DNA of 64,000 nt from Malacoraja senta (GCA_038087875.1 CM075992.1:6078001-6142000); one strand, 5' to 3'; counted from the stretch's first letter, positions 1 through 14,443 are shown. A program made the numbers and translations. Notes: a model not told the origin generated them from the letters alone.

Positions 1-419
1 CAGGGAGGAATTGGAAATTGTAGAAACAAAACCGGTTCACGTTAAAAAAATACAGGAGTCAAAAGAAATTTCCTGTTATAAGAAACTGGAGAAAGTCAGG
101 AAAAAGAAAATCACTTCTGAGTAACATCAGTGAAAACATTTTGAAAAACAGAAGCATGATGATGAGCCACAGTATGCTGGCTGTGTCTAATCTTTCTGAG
201 GCAAATGCCTGCTCTATGTCCAGGACATACTGATCAACCATCACATCTATCACATATTCAACACACACACTGACCCGAGTCCCATGCATAAGAAGGTTAG
301 GTAAGCATTCATCCTCAGTGCTTCTCTTAGAGTCAGTGTTGAGATGCCTGCTCCATTTAATAGCCTGTTCAATGCTGGCTGCCAAAATGTTTACAGTGCT
401 GACCCATTTGAGAGGTAAA

Positions 420-760
420 TTAGGGAGTAAAGATGTTCATGAATACTCCTGCCTGCGGGTTAGCGAGGTCCTGAGGACACAGATGGGTATTTAATCGGAG
501 TCATTTTCTTTCCATGGGTTCACACTCAGGAAGGTCGATCTGACATCTGTGACACTGACCATGAGTACAGGCACACGCGAGGCTGTCAGGGCAGGCCATG
601 GTCCACTGATCTTCTGTTAAAAGCGAGCATAGAAGGCAATGAGCTCATTAGAGATGGGTGCATTGCTGCCAGTGATACTGCCCAACATCACATTGTGGCC
701 CGTTGTAGCATGCAAGCATTGCTATAATCGATGGGTGTTCGTGCGGTTAATCCTGGAATC
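420..760 (-). mobile_element. Degraded Rex1/Babar-like LINE fragment
   Basis: Minus-strand remnants resembling NELIAFYARF and VTDVRSTFLSVNP...VLRT, with stops. Confidence 0.45.
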
Positions 761-769
761 AACACATGT

Positions 770-975
770 CCGGGATTTCTCTTATTTCGCTTGGGTAGTT
801 TACACCCCGGTGATATGAACATTGACTTCTCTAACTTCAGATAGCCCTTGCTTTCTCTCTCCATCCCCTTCCCCTTCCCAGTTCTCCCACCAGTCTTACT
901 GTCTCTGCCTACATTCTATCTTTGTCCTGCCCCCTCCCCTGACATCAGTCTGAAGATGGCTCTCAACCAAAAACA
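770..975 (+). mobile_element. Penelope-like element 3' fragment
   Basis: Encodes FRLGSLHPGDMNIDFSNFR-stop, the same terminus as the GIY-YIG ORF at 4927. Confidence 0.7.
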
Positions 976-1616
976 TTGTGAGTCTGCTGTGAGAACGACC
1001 TGCATTTTTTACTCCTTCTGGGCTTTATTTTGTAAATATGCCTTGGTTGCTGATTTATAAGCTAGTCTATGCATAGGATGTGTTTCTTTAGAGTGGAATG
1101 ACTTATTTTATGAGCTTCAGCTTGGTAACAATTATTGGCAGCTCTTCCACTTCTGAGTCACGAGATTATTCAAGCCCAACTCTGCAAATTGAGCATAAAA
1201 TGTAGGCCAGCAGTTCAGTACAGCAGGTTTAGATTTAGGTTTAGGTTTATTATTGTCACATGCACTGAGATACAGTGAAAAAGCTTTTGTTTTGCATGCT
1301 ATCGCTGCCTTGCCGCGACCGCTGAAAACCAATGCAGAATCACTCCCTGGAGCTGGAATAACTCCCTGGAGTAACTCTTGCTTCTGGCTTCCTGATCCTC
1401 CAAAAATATTCTAAATGGAATTTAAACTGGAAGTGGTGGAGGCTCCATCACCAAACTCCAAACTCTGAACAATAACAGCCTATTGCATTTTATCTGTTTA
1501 TTTATTGTGTATATATATGGTCTATGATATATATACACACTGAACTTTTATCTCCTGTTCTGTATTATGTTTACATATTCTGTTGTGCTGCAGCAAGCAA
1601 GAATGTCATTGTCCTA

Positions 1617-1849
<233 letters not shown>

Positions 1850-3004
1850 CACACACACACAATTTCCCTCCTGGGATTAATAAAGTTCTATCGTATAGTA
1901 TCGTGTGTGTGTAGGAAGGAACTGCAGATGCTGGTTAAAACTGAAGATAGACACAAAAAGCTGGAGTAACTCAACAGGTCAGACAGAATCTATGGACAAA
2001 AGGAAAATATTACGTTTTGGGTTGGGTCTGAAATAGGTTCCTGCACACCTTTGGAATGTGGAAGGAAACAAGAGCACCCGGAGAAAACCCATGCGATCAA
2101 AAGGAAAAGGAGCAAACTCCATACAGACAGCACCCATATTCAGGATCAATTCTGGGTCTCTGGCACTTTTAGGCAGCAACTTTATGGCCAATGTACTGCC
2201 CCATAGTCTTGAACTGAATTAAAACATACAGTAGCTGTAAAGGGGGGACATTTAAGACTGAAAATGGATATTTTCATTTTTTTAGTAACCAAAGTTATCA
2301 ACGTATATTTTTGTGTGTGTTGGAAAACAAAATATAGTGGCACAGCTGGTGGACTTGCTGCCTCACATGCCAGAGATCTGTGTTCGATCCTGTCCTCGGG
2401 CACTATCTGTGTTGAATTTGGACATTCTCCCTGCAAGCGTGTGGGTTTCCTCCCACATCCCAAAGACGCATTGGCTTTGTTGGTTAACTTGTCTCTGTAA
2501 AATTTCCCCCAATGTGTAGGGAGTGGGTGAGGAAAGTGGGATGACAGAACGTGTGAATGGGTAGCAAAAATGCTGGAGAAACTCAGCGGGTGAGGAAGCA
2601 TCTATGGAGCGAAAGAAATAGGCGACGTTTCGGGTTGAGACCCTTGTTCAGACTGATGTGAGGGTGGGGGGACGGGAAGAAGAAAGGAAGAGACGGAGAC
2701 AGTTGTAGATGATATGTGCATGTACCTTTAACATAGTGACCTCACCACTACTAACCACTCCCCACATCATTGGTAATATACAACCTTCCCACCCAGTTCT
2801 CTCTCTCTGGTTCCAGTGACAGACCACGGACAGCTAGGGCTGCAAAGTATGTGTATAATGTGTATTATGAATAAACAGTAGTAAAGATAAGTGCGTTATG
2901 ACACGTCTTTACATGGTGTCAGCCTCGTACCTTTGCGCCTCCAGTTTATCGGGTTTTCTTTCTTTTGAACTGTTTTCCCATTTTGTTTTTTTATCTCCCG
3001 TGCC

Positions 3005-3781
3005 ATGGCCACTTCTTGCCGTAAACCCGATATGCTCGTCTTCGACTCGGACATTGTCCATCGGTGGGGTGTCTTTAGACATGACTTTCAACACTACGTC
3101 ACGATCGCCCACCATGCTGCCACCGCTGTTACTCAGGCTTCCCTGCTTCTCAACCTGGCTGGTCCTGATGCCCTGGAACGGGCTGAGTCGTTTGTCTATG
3201 CTGCTGGTGAAGATGCTCGGGACCCGGTATGTCTTATGGCTAAGTTTACCGCGATGTGCGACATCCCCACTAACTGCATCCTAGAGCGTTTTAAAATGTT
3301 CACCCGGCGTCAGCTCCCTGGAGAGTTAATCGGTAGCTACATCGCTGCGCTGCGTCATCTGGCCAGGCGTTGCAGCCTGGACACGCTGACCCCCGATCAA
3401 CTGACCCGGGACATTTTAGTGTATGGTCTTCAAGATGAAAAACTAAGGGCTGAACTTCTGCGGAAGCACGACCTTTCTTTAACCGAGGCTCTGCACGCCT
3501 CCCGCATGGCTGAGGCTGTCGCCTCGGCGGTGTCGTCTGCTGATCATGACATTAACTTTGCCAGTGTTGCTGGTCACCGGCGAAACGCTGGCCTGCAACG
3601 ACAACGGGGGTCCCCCGCGTCAGGGGGCAGCAGCCCACAGCGGTGCCCCAACTGCAACTTTACCTCCCACCAGTCTAATGTGTGCCCTGCACTGGGGAAA
3701 ACGTGTAACTTTTGCAGGAAATTAAACCATTTCTCTGCAGCCTGTCGCTCCCGTGGGAAGCCAATTCCTGCTCCTCGCTGA
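3005..3781 (+). CDS. gag: Retrotransposon Gag with CCHC zinc knuckle
   Basis: 258-aa ORF with F..RRQ..GE...Y...LR.LA..C and CNFCRKLNHFSAAC. Confidence 0.85.
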   Translation: MATSCRKPDMLVFDSDIVHRWGVFRHDFQHYVTIAHHAATAVTQASLLLNLAGPDALERAESFVYAAGEDARDPVCLMAKFTAMCDIPTNCILERFKMFTRRQLPGELIGSYIAALRHLARRCSLDTLTPDQLTRDILVYGLQDEKLRAELLRKHDLSLTEALHASRMAEAVASAVSSADHDINFASVAGHRRNAGLQRQRGSPASGGSSPQRCPNCNFTSHQSNVCPALGKTCNFCRKLNHFSAACRSRGKPIPAPR

Positions 3782-4589
3782 ATGTTAAACAACCTTGCTC
3801 GAGCTGATAGCGCACTTGGTTCACAGTGTGACGAACTCCCTTTGTCTGATTCGAGTTCCTCCCAGGGGGAGACCAGCATATTTTCGGTGTTGGATGCACC
3901 TGCTCTGATAACGAACCCTTCGGTTCGCGTTACTGTCAACGGCTCGACCTTCACTGCCAAACTCGACACGGGGGCCGCGACCAATGTTATGTCAATAGGC
4001 CTCTTCAAAAAGATTTTTTTTAAAAATAATAATAATAAAAATGACCCAGCGGTCCCTCGTTCCCTCTGTCCTCCATCCCGCTGCCGTCCAGGAGCGCATT
4101 GCCTTCAAACAAGAAATCCAACGGTGCTCCCACGACAAGTCTTGTCGTCCTCTCCCACCTCTGCTCTCAGGCCAAGTCGTCCGAATGCAGTCCCCCTCCG
4201 GTCACCCCAGGCTTGCCATCGTCGTCGGTACTGCTGGTTCGCCGCGGTCCTACCTTGTTGACCATGACGGTACCATTTACCGCCGGTCCCGGCAACATCT
4301 GCGGCTTGTTAACGAGCCACCACCGCCACCTGCGGATCCCTTTTCCCCCCCACTGTCGACAACGCTGCCTGCCCCTCCAGCCAGTCCTCCCTCGCCTGCC
4401 CGTCTTCCTGCTACTGCTCCTGCTTCCCCTGCTCCTTCTCCGTTTTCTCGTTCTCCTCCTGGTTCCCCGGTTCTCTCCCCCGCGCCGGCTCCTACTCATG
4501 CTCCGCCTGCAGAAGGGGGGGATGGCGAACTGCGTACCCGGTCCGGGCGGGTGGTCAGGCCGCCTATCCGTTATGGTGAATTTGTTTAA
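3782..4589 (+). pseudogene. Pol remnants: aspartic protease (LDTGA) joined by A/T filler to the integrase C-terminus; RT/RNaseH absent
   Basis: AKLDTGAATNV at ~3955; SPRSYLV..YRRSRQHL and RTRSGRVVRPP in ORF 4041-4589. Confidence 0.8.
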
Positions 4590-7019
4590 CTGTTTGCTCC
4601 CTGCTCGTAGCGTATGAGATGTGGTCGCCCTGTCATTTCGGTATTGCTTATTATTTCCAAGGGGAAGGATGTAGATGATATGTGCATGTACCTTTAACAT
4701 AGTGACCTCACCACTACTAACCACTCCCCACATCATTGGTATAATTACAACCTTCCCACCCAGTTCTCTCTCTCTGGTTCCAGTGACAGACCACGGACAG
4801 CTAGGGCAGCAAAGTATGTGTATAATGTGTATTATGGATAAACAGTAGTAAAGATACAGTGCGTTATGACACATCTTTACAACAGTGGGCTGAGGGAGAG
4901 CTGGGAAGGGGAGGAGAAAGCAGGGATTACCTGAAATTGTAGAAGTCAATGTTCATACCGCTGGGGTGTAAACTGCCCAAGCGAAATATGAGGTGCTGCT
5001 CCTCCAATTTACGGTGGGCCTCATTCTGGCCATGGAAGAGGCCCAGGACATAAAGGTCAGATTCGGAATGGGAGGGGGAGTTGAAGTGCTGAGCCACTGG
5101 GAGATCAGGTTTGTTATTGCGAACCGAGCGGAGGTGTTGGGCGAAGCGATCGCCAAGCCTACGCTTGGTCTCACCGATGTAGAGCAGCTGACACCTAGAG
5201 CAGCGGATGCAATAGATGAGGTTGGAGGAGGTGCAGGTGAACCTCTGCCGCATTTTTCCTGCGGTTGCAAGGGCAAGTGCCAGGAGAGGTGGTGGTTTGG
5301 GTGGGAAGGGACGAATTGACCAGGGAGTTACGGTCTCTGCGGAAAGCCAACAGGTGAGGAAATGGGAAGATGTGGCCAGTGGTGGGATCCCATTGGTAGA
5401 CAAAAAAGCTGGAGAAAATCAATGGGTAAGGCAGCATCTATGGAGCGAAGGAATAGGCGGCGTTTCGGGTCGAGACCCTTCTTCAGATTGATGTCGGGGG
5501 GGAGGGGGGGGACACGAAAAAGAAAGGAAGAGGCGGAGACAGTAGGCTGTGGGAGAGCTGGGAATGGGGGAAGGAGGGAGAAAGCAAGACTACCTGAAAT
5601 TAGAGAAGCCAATGTTCATACCGCTGGGGTGTAAACTGCCCAAATGAGGTGCTGCTCCTCCAATATGCGGTGGGCCTCACTCTGGCCATGGAGGAGGCCC
5701 AGGACAGAAAGGTTGGATTTGGAATGGGAGGGGGAGTTGAAGTGTTGAGCCACTGGGAGATCAGGTTGGTTATTGCGAACTGAGTGGAGGTGTTGTGCGA
5801 AACGATCGCCAAGCCTGCGCTTGGTCTCACCGAGGTTGATCATACGCTGAATAAACCAACCACATTTTTGCTTGGAAGTGGAAAGAAATAATAGAAATTG
5901 CATTCATTGCAACGTGTAAAAAGAGTTGAGATACTGTATTATAATTTTACTGCATGTCATTGTGGTATATATCATGATTGGTGAATATGTTTAGTTTGTG
6001 ACTTTATTTAAAACAGAACTAATATGTGAATGCTTCATTGAGCATAATTCCGACTGGTAACTACGCACTTCGTCTGAGCACATTATCGCACGTGTCATGC
6101 AAGCCATCTAAACTGTCATTTGGCAACCTAAAAAGCTGCCAAGGTTGCCCGGCTGACAACAGAGAAAAAAAGTTAAGTGAGAGCCCTGCAAGGTGTATAA
6201 TATTTTTGACAATGTCATAGGCCTTTCTTACATATGCTGTCACAACGCACTGTAGTCTCTAAACAACCCTTCAGTAATTTTCTTTGCCCTCCATTTCAGA
6301 ATAATAGTGTTTTAAGCCGATAACACGAGACTAGCACTGGCAACAAATAAATAAATAAAAAGCGCATTTCCAGACCCTTATCTCATTGGCCACGCTTGGC
6401 TGCAAATCGGTGTCAATCTGGTGGACCATCTTCCTCTAGTCGTGGGGGTGGGGATTTGGAGTGGCCTCACAAGTGGAACAGCCTAGGGCCTCTCTTCATC
6501 TAAATCTGGTCCTGTACTGAGTGCTGAATATATATTCAGCATTGTAACACACCAGTTCAAGAGGCAGAGTCCGCAATGGGGTAGAGATGAATAAAAATGT
6601 ACGCTAGCCTATGGAAAGACCATTGATCAGCCTGATAACAGGGGAAGAAGTTGTTCCTGAGTTTTGTGATGTGCACTTTCAAGTTTCTGTATCTCCTGCC
6701 TGCTGGTAGTGGGGAGGAGGAGGAATGACCCAGGTGGGGCAAGCTTCGATATACAGCATGGAAACAGGCCCTTTGGCCCACCAAGTCCATGACGACCATC
6801 GATCTCCCATTCACATAGGTTCTATCTTATAGCACTTTTGCATCCACTCCCGACACATTTTGGGGATATGGGAGGAAACCGGAACATTCGGGGGAAACCC
6901 ATGCAGTCAAAGGGAAAATGTGCAAATTCCACACAGCCAGCACCCATGGTCAGGATTGAACTCTGGTTTCTGGTGCTGTGAGACAGCAGTTCTACCAGCT
7001 GCGCCACTGTGCCACCCAG

Positions 7020-7920
7020 TGTATTTGATTACGTTTTCTGCTTGTCTGAGGCAGTTTGAAGTGTAGTTGGAGTCGTATAAGGGCAGTTTATCTCTGAGAT
7101 GGACTGGGCTACATCTACAATTCCTTGGAGTGTCCCGAGGTCTTGGGAAAGCTGTTTTCAAACCTAGCTGCATGCTTTCTACAGTGCATCTGTAAAAGTT
7201 TGTAACAATCATTGGAGACGTGCTGAATTTCCCATCTCCTCAGGAAGTTGGTGTGCCTTCTTGGCTGTGCTTCAATATGGTTGGCTGTGATAGATCATTG
7301 GCAATATTTATGCCAAAGAACATGAAGCTCTCAACTATTTCCACTTTGGCACATATTTGGAGCATGTAATCCACCACGTTTCCTGATGTCAATAACAAGC
7401 TCCTTTGCCTTACTTACATTGAGGATTGTTGTCCGAACACCATATTACTAAGTTCTCTATCTTCTTCCTGTGCAATGTCTTGTCATTGTTTGTGATCTGG
7501 TCCACCACAGTGATGTAATCTGCAAATTTCTAGATGGAGTTAGAGTTGAATTTGGCAGCACAATTGTGAATGCATATTCGGGGACTGAAAATATATCCTC
7601 AAGATGCACCAGTGTCCCCTAACATCACCTATCCTTGCTAACTGTGGTCTGCGAGGTTGGCCTGATTGAGTTCCTTGCTATTATGAAAAAGGACTTGGGG
7701 TACTTAGTTTCAAATCTATTGGTGATGTTGTGTAGTTCCCTGAGTGAACGCTTAGCTTCTGCATGAGATGGAATGTCGACTGTTGTCAGGAAAGCTGAAA
7801 TGAACTCCCTCTGTAGGTAGCTGGAACAACACTTCACCACAAGATATTGGAGGTCTGAGGAGCAGGAGTGCTCCAGGACCATCATGTTCGATCCCATACG
7901 AAGTTAATTAGAAAGCAACC
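7020..7920 (-). mobile_element. Degraded Rex1/Babar-like LINE
   Basis: NFYRCTVES-like remnant and endonuclease-region remnants, with many stops. Confidence 0.55.
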
Positions 7921-9087
7921 CCCTCTGCCCTTTATGAGGGAGTGTGATATTGTGGAGATGTCGGCTTTTCAATAAACAGTTATTTCTATCTGTTTTGCAA
8001 TGGACTAAAGCAGAAATGCAGTTTGCAATTTATCCGAGCTATAACATAATGTGGAGAATAGCCCCTTACTGAGAAAAATGAGGCAATCCAATATTTTTAA
8101 CAGAATATCTCAATGCTGGATCATCCTTCCAATTATCTGCAGCATAATCTTAAGTTTTTATTGTTACAAACTAGGTCCTCGCTCCATAAATCACAACCAG
8201 AGGACAAAAATGTGTGTTAATTATACATCCATTAGTTGGGGTTCACTACAAGTCAAACTGTGTGTTTTCTTAGTACTTAACAGGTGTGCCATATCTTAAC
8301 AGCAGTCAATATATTTGACACAATTTTGTTTAATAAGAGGTCAAGTTTTGATTGTATCTTTTAATAATTAGCACAATCGACAAAGCATAACATCGCAGCT
8401 GTGGCTTTGAGGCACAGGAATTTAGGGCACGTCAGCACTTGCTGCCTGTCTAAATGAAATACACTGAATAAATAGGACTTTGGTCTCAATTGTACTTTCA
8501 AATGACAATGTTGGAAAATAAAGTAACAAAGTTTTAAAGCTTTCAAAGTTTCTGATGGATCTTTTCCAAAACAGTCTGCTGTTTTTATGCTCTGCAGAAC
8601 CAAAATTTGAAAAGCTTGCGCTCTCCTAAAATTTATGAACCCACCATCATGATTTAATGCAGATGGTTTTCCTTGAGGGTTTTTTGGAATTGACTATTAT
8701 TCATGGCAAATTTCTGATATTATTCAAAGGACAAATTTCAGTGATTTGTGAAGGTTTGATGAAAGATTGTAAAAGAAAGAAAGTAAGTAGATGAAGAAGA
8801 CGGGGTGTGATGAGGAATACATTGCGGTGTGAGAAGAGATGAAGTCCTGGAGAGAGTAAGACCACTTGCTCCATTTGCCGTAAGAAATAACATGGCTTCC
8901 ATTGCACTGCTGGGTCCATGCTATCAACCACAAGTTGTTGGGAAAACTATATGGATTGCTACATGCTCGGTAGGCAACTGCAAAGGCATTTGACTGTCCA
9001 CCCGAAGGAAACTTTTCAGCATTATTAAAGTGATCTGTCCATGGGAGGCTAATGGGTGAGTGGGGATAGGAGGAAAATAAGTCCAGG

Positions 9088-9839
9088 CAGGGGGCAGAAA
9101 TCGCTATAAAAACATGGGGTGGACATAATTTCTTGGTGGCCGCACGCGCACACACACACGCGAGGCTTCGGAGACTTTGGCCGTGGGCCCTGTGGATGAT
9201 AACATCGGGAGCTGACCTGGTTGGTGACCGACTCTGAACTCCAGCAACAGCACCTTAGTCCGCCCCGAATCGTGGGGCTTCAATCGGCCCGTTCGCGGGA
9301 CGTTTCATCGCCCGGCGCGGCATAAAACCGGCCGTGGGAACTTCCATCGCACGGCGGTGGCTTCAACATCGGGAGCCTCGATTGCCTCGATGCAGCAATT
9401 TGACCGCGGGGCGGTGGAAGACCCCGCGGCCGATTTTAAGCCGCGCCAGGCGATGAAAGGCCCCGCGAACGGGCCGATTCAAACTCCACTCTATGATCTT
9501 TGCTCCACCAGGACATCTCCCTCCTCCAATCACTGTGCTCTATGTTTAGTCCATCCCCCCCACTTCCACCTCTGACCAACACCTCCTCCTCCAATCATCG
9601 CGCTGAATCATCATGTCCAGCCCCTCCCCCACTGCCTGCTGACCGATGTCTCTCTCGTCCAATTGGCGCCCTCGATCATCAGTCCCACCCCCACTGTCTC
9701 GCGGAAAGCGGAGATTTTTAATAGAGTTTTTATCACCGAATTTCAAAATCTGGAGTACAAAACATGGGGGGGGATTGTCCCCCACCTCTCAAAACATGGA
9801 AGGGACACGTCCCCCCTGCCCCCCGGGATTTCTGCCCTG
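9088..9839. mobile_element. Non-autonomous DNA transposon (hAT-like) with an internal hairpin
   Basis: Imperfect TIRs CAGG..GCAGAAATC / GATTTCTGCCCTG, flanked by the direct repeat GTCCAGG. Confidence 0.65.
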
Positions 9840-12514
9840 GTCCAGGGGAGACCACATCTGCCCTGTCCACTCATTTTCTTTTACTCTATTCAATTCCAGG
9901 ATGTGACGCCGCTGATAAAGTTAACATTTATTGCCCACTGTGTCCAAAATTAACTCACACCCACTGTTATGCTATTTTGCAGTTTGTTGAACTGTACCAA
10001 AGATTGCTTGCAAAGAATTTACATAGAAATCAGAATTACAAGAGGATAATTCATTAAAAAGTGAGCTTCCAGAAAGACTTTGATTTACATTGTTTTCATT
10101 TCATTCAGCATACTGCACCCGTAGCTGAATTGAAAGTTAATAACTTAAGGTTGTACATTTTGTGACCTTTCCATTGTTTAAATAATGGGTGTAGTGCAGA
10201 AATGATAAGGTGCATTGAGACAGGATGTGTCTCATTTAATTTCTCCAAAGGAAATCAAAAAGGAAATGTATGCAAACACTCCCAAGCATGGCCAAATGGC
10301 TTGTTAGGCCAGATTTAAGCAGAAAGATAGGCACAAATGGATTTTGTCCAATTCAAGTTCTCAGCTATTGAGAAACCCTGCAAGAAAATTACAGAAATAT
10401 CAAGAACCATAAACTAATGTAGAACTTCAACTAGGAAAGCAACAAAAGTGGGAAGGAAAAGGTAAGGATGTCTGAATTGCACTCAAAACCTTCTTGATCA
10501 GCTGGTTCATGCCTCAATGAGAAAGAAGTTATGTATTTAAATTCACTATGTGAAAGGACAAGAAACTCTGGAGTACAAATACTCACTCGGGGGAGGTGGA
10601 TTGAGAATGGATCTGTTCTGGATATAGTGGAATCAAGAATAGGCAGGAAAATCTGCAACTGAAGAAGGGTAGTTTTAAAACCTAGATGGTTTGGGTTAAT
10701 ATCCATTCCGACCAAGGGAATCGTAGGTTAACCAAAACAGTTATCTGTATAATTAAAACAATATGTAGATTGTATGAATTAGGTCAACTGGAGTTAATAC
10801 ACATGAAAATGTAGTATTTTATTCAAGTATTGTTTTCATAAATTGTCAGCTAAGCTAACAATAATAATATTACTAATTTATCATTTAGTTTACAGCAGAA
10901 ATTTAGCACAATGGAGATTTCACCTCTGATTTGAACTAAAGTTGTTGACATGTAACTGTAGTCATAAATTCAACTCCAAAAAATAATTATCTCTGGTACA
11001 GTCTTGGATCAGACTCCACTTATGTAACTATTCATTAATACTCATATTTACAGTTATTTTTAAAAGCCTTATTCATGTCATTTCAAGCTCTGTCAGTATC
11101 TAAAACACCAACAGTATTATTTATAAAGATAATATAGTAATTATTGGCTTTATGGTGTTAAATGATTACTATCAACACTGAAAAAGTTTGTGCCAGAATC
11201 AAAATATAATCTGCTGCACATATAGATAATTAGAAATGTGGCAAAAATACAACAATGGAATTTGTGAAACATTTCATCACACCAAGCGCAGTGCTTTTTC
11301 ATACTAAAGGTAAACATTTGTTTATTATTCCCACTGGATTTTATTTTCAATTAATAGGATTACATTGTATTTTGGCAAAAGAATATTGATTTGAAATTAG
11401 CTAAAACTGTGTTTAGTGGGTATTTACTACATAATTAATAATTGGAGATTTAGCATGAGCCAATGCAAACGAATATAAAAGGAAATCTAGCATGCTTCAC
11501 CAGATACTTTTCCATTCACTTTTTACATGGCTTTAGGAATGAGGAACAATCCAGAACAATGGCATTTCTAGGTAAAAATACAGTTTGCAAACATGGCCCA
11601 GGGAATTAGTCAATGCATCACAGCCACTTACAATGGACGTATTTATGGATAACCACAATCACCTGCAGACTTGGTTGATTCACTTAATGAATCAAGAAGA
11701 GGTTCTTGAAATAACACTTCCTAAATTGGTTCCAGATTGTTTTTGTTTCTCTAGGGAGATTGCATATTCAAGGAAGTAAAATAATCTCATTTTGTTGTTG
11801 AGGCAGGGCATCGCTGTAGTTCTAGGTTCAACACCTACAGCTGCTTCATGAATGACCTTGCCTTCCAAGATGTCAGAAGTGGGATGTAGGCTGGCAGTTA
11901 CTCAATGTTCAGATACATTTGCAATTCCTCACCAAATGAAGCAGGCCATGGCTGCAAGCAGCAGGGTCTTGACAACATTCAAAGTAACAGTCATATCACA
12001 TCAAGAGTTACCCTTTATATTGAATGGCACTATCCATGCCAAATGTCTCATCAGGCAACTGAATCATCCTATCACAACCAGAGAACAGTGCTGAACTATG
12101 AATTACATCATTGGCGACCCTTGGACTATCCTTGATTGGAATTTGCTGGCTTTACCTTGCACGAAACGCTATTCCTTTATCATGTATCAATACACTATAA
12201 ATTGCTCGATTGTAATCATGTATTGTCTCTCTCGTGACTGGATAGCACCCAACAAAAGCTTTTCACTGTACCTCGTTACACGTGACAATAAACTAAACTG
12301 AAACTTGCAGCTTCGCAGAACTTTGGTTAGGCGACATTTGGATTATTGTGCTCAGTTCTGTTTGCCCCATTAGAATAAAGATGGTGAGTGTTGGGAGAGG
12401 GTGCAGAAGAGTTACACCAGGATGCTGCCTGGATTAGAAAGTTTAAACTATAATGAGATGCTGGACAAATGTAGATTGTTTTCTGTGGAGTAGTGGGTAC
12501 TGAGGGGAGGCCTA

Positions 12515-14443
12515 CATAGATACATAGATACATAGAAAATAGGTGCAGGAGTAGGCCATTCGGCCCTTCGAGCCTGCACCGCCATTCAATATGATCATGG
12601 CTGATCATCCAACTCAGTATCCCGTACCTGCCTTCTCTCCATACCCCCTGATCCCTTTAGCCACAAGGGCCACATCTATCTCCCTCTTAAATATAGCCAA
12701 TGAACTGGCCTCAACTACCCTCTGTGGCAGAGAGTTCCAGAGATTCACCACTCTCTGTGTGAAAACGTTTTTCCTCATCTCGGTCTTAAAGGATTTCCCC
12801 CCTTATCCTTAAGCTGTGACCCCTTGTCCTGGACTTCCCCAACATCGGGAACAATCTTCCTGCATCTAGCCTGTCCAACCCCATAAGAATTTTGTACGTT
12901 TCTATAAGATCCCCTCTCAATCTCCTAAATTCTAGCGAGTATAAGCCAAGTCTATCCAGTCTTTCTTCATATGAAAGTCCTGACATCCCAGGAATCAGTC
13001 TGGTGAACCTTCTCTGCACCCTCTATGGCTATAATGTCCTTCCTCAGATTTGGAGACCAAAACTGTACGCAATACTCCAGGTGTGGTCTCACCAAGACCC
13101 TGTACAACTGCAGTAGAACCTCCCTGCTCCTATACTCAAATCCTCTTGCTATGAAGGCCAACATACCATTCGCTTTCTTCACTGCCTGCTGCACCTGCAT
13201 GCCTACTTTCAATGACTGGTGTACCATGACACCCTGGTCTCGCTGCATCTCCCCATTTCCTAATCGGCCACCATTTAGATAATAGTCTGCCTTCCCGTTT
13301 TTGCCACCAAAGTGGATAACCTCACATTTATCCACATTATACTGCATCTGCCAAACATTTGCCCACTCACCCAGCCTATCCAAGTCACCTTGCAGTCTCC
13401 TAGCATCCTCCTCACAGCTAACACTGACCCCCAGCTTAGTGTCATCCGCAAACTTGGAGATGTTGCTTTCAATTCCCTCGTCCAGATCATTAATATAAAT
13501 TGTAAATAGCTGGGGTCCCAGCACTGAGCCTTGCGGTACCCCACTAGTCACTGCCTGCCATTGTGAAAAGGACCCGTTTACTCCTACTCTTTGCTTCCTG
13601 TTTGCCAGCCAGTTCTCTATCCACATCAATACTGAACCCCCAATACCGTGTGATTTAAGTTTGTATCCTAATCTCTTATGTGGTACCTTGTCGAAAGCCT
13701 TCTGAAAGTCCAGATACAACACATCCACTGGTTCTCCCCTATCCACTCTACTAGTTACATCCTCGAAAAATTCTATAAGATTCGTCAGACACGATTTACC
13801 TTTCGTAAATCCATGCTGACTTTGTCCAATGATTTCACCACTTTCCAAATGTGCTGCTATCCCATCTTTAATAACTGACTCTAGCAGTTTCCCCACTACC
13901 GATGTTAGACTAACTGGTCTGTAATTCCCCATTTTCTCTCTCCCTCCCTTCTTAAAAAGTGGGGTTACGTTTGCTACCCTCCAATCCTCAGGAACTACTC
14001 CAGAATCTAAAGAGTTTTGAAAAATTATCACTAATGCATCCACTATTTCTGGAGCTACTTCCTTAAGTACTCTGGGATGCAGCCTATCTGGCCCTGGTGA
14101 TTTATCGGCCTTTAATCCATTCAATTTACCCAACACCACTTCCCGACTAACCTGGATTTCACTCAGTTCCTCCATCTCCTTTGACCCGCGGCTCCCTGCT
14201 ATTTCCGGCAGATTATTTATGTCTTCCTTAGTGAAGACGGAACCAAAGTAGTTATTCAATTGGTCCGCCATATCCTTGTTCCCCATGATCAATTCACCTG
14301 TTTCTGACTGTAAGGGACCTACATTTGTTTTAACTAATCTCTTTCTCTTCACATATCTATAAAAACTTTTGCAGTCAGTTTTTATGTTCCCTGCCAGTTT
14401 CCTTTCATAATCTATTTTCCCTTTCCTAATTAAGCCCTTTGTC
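12515..14443 (-). mobile_element. CR1-clade LINE, RT domain and 3' end
   Basis: 461-aa ORF with NYRPVSLTS, LDFQKAFD, GVPQGSVLGP, FADD; (TATCTATG)n tail. Confidence 0.95.

Larger units (their letters stand above)
2704..4881 (+). mobile_element. Internally deleted Gypsy-type LTR retrotransposon
   Basis: TG..CA LTRs at 2704-2913 and 4670-4881, 5-bp TSD ACAGT, PBS-like TGGTGTCAG after the 5' LTR, polypurine tract AAGGGGAAGGA before the 3' LTR. Confidence 0.93.
2560..5835 (-). mobile_element. Penelope-like element (partial tandem copies, GIY-YIG endonuclease), interrupted by an LTR element
   Basis: ORF 4927-5403: NLIYCIRC..LYIGETKRRL..RFAQH..HF..RKLEEQHLIFRLGSL..GMN (GIY-YIG). A second copy lies at 5590-5835, and the 3' tail resumes left of 2703. 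Confidence 0.85.

Noticed and set aside
59..385. 108-aa minus-strand ORF with a hydrophobic end
   Set aside because: No recognisable domain; adjacent to degraded LINE sequence.
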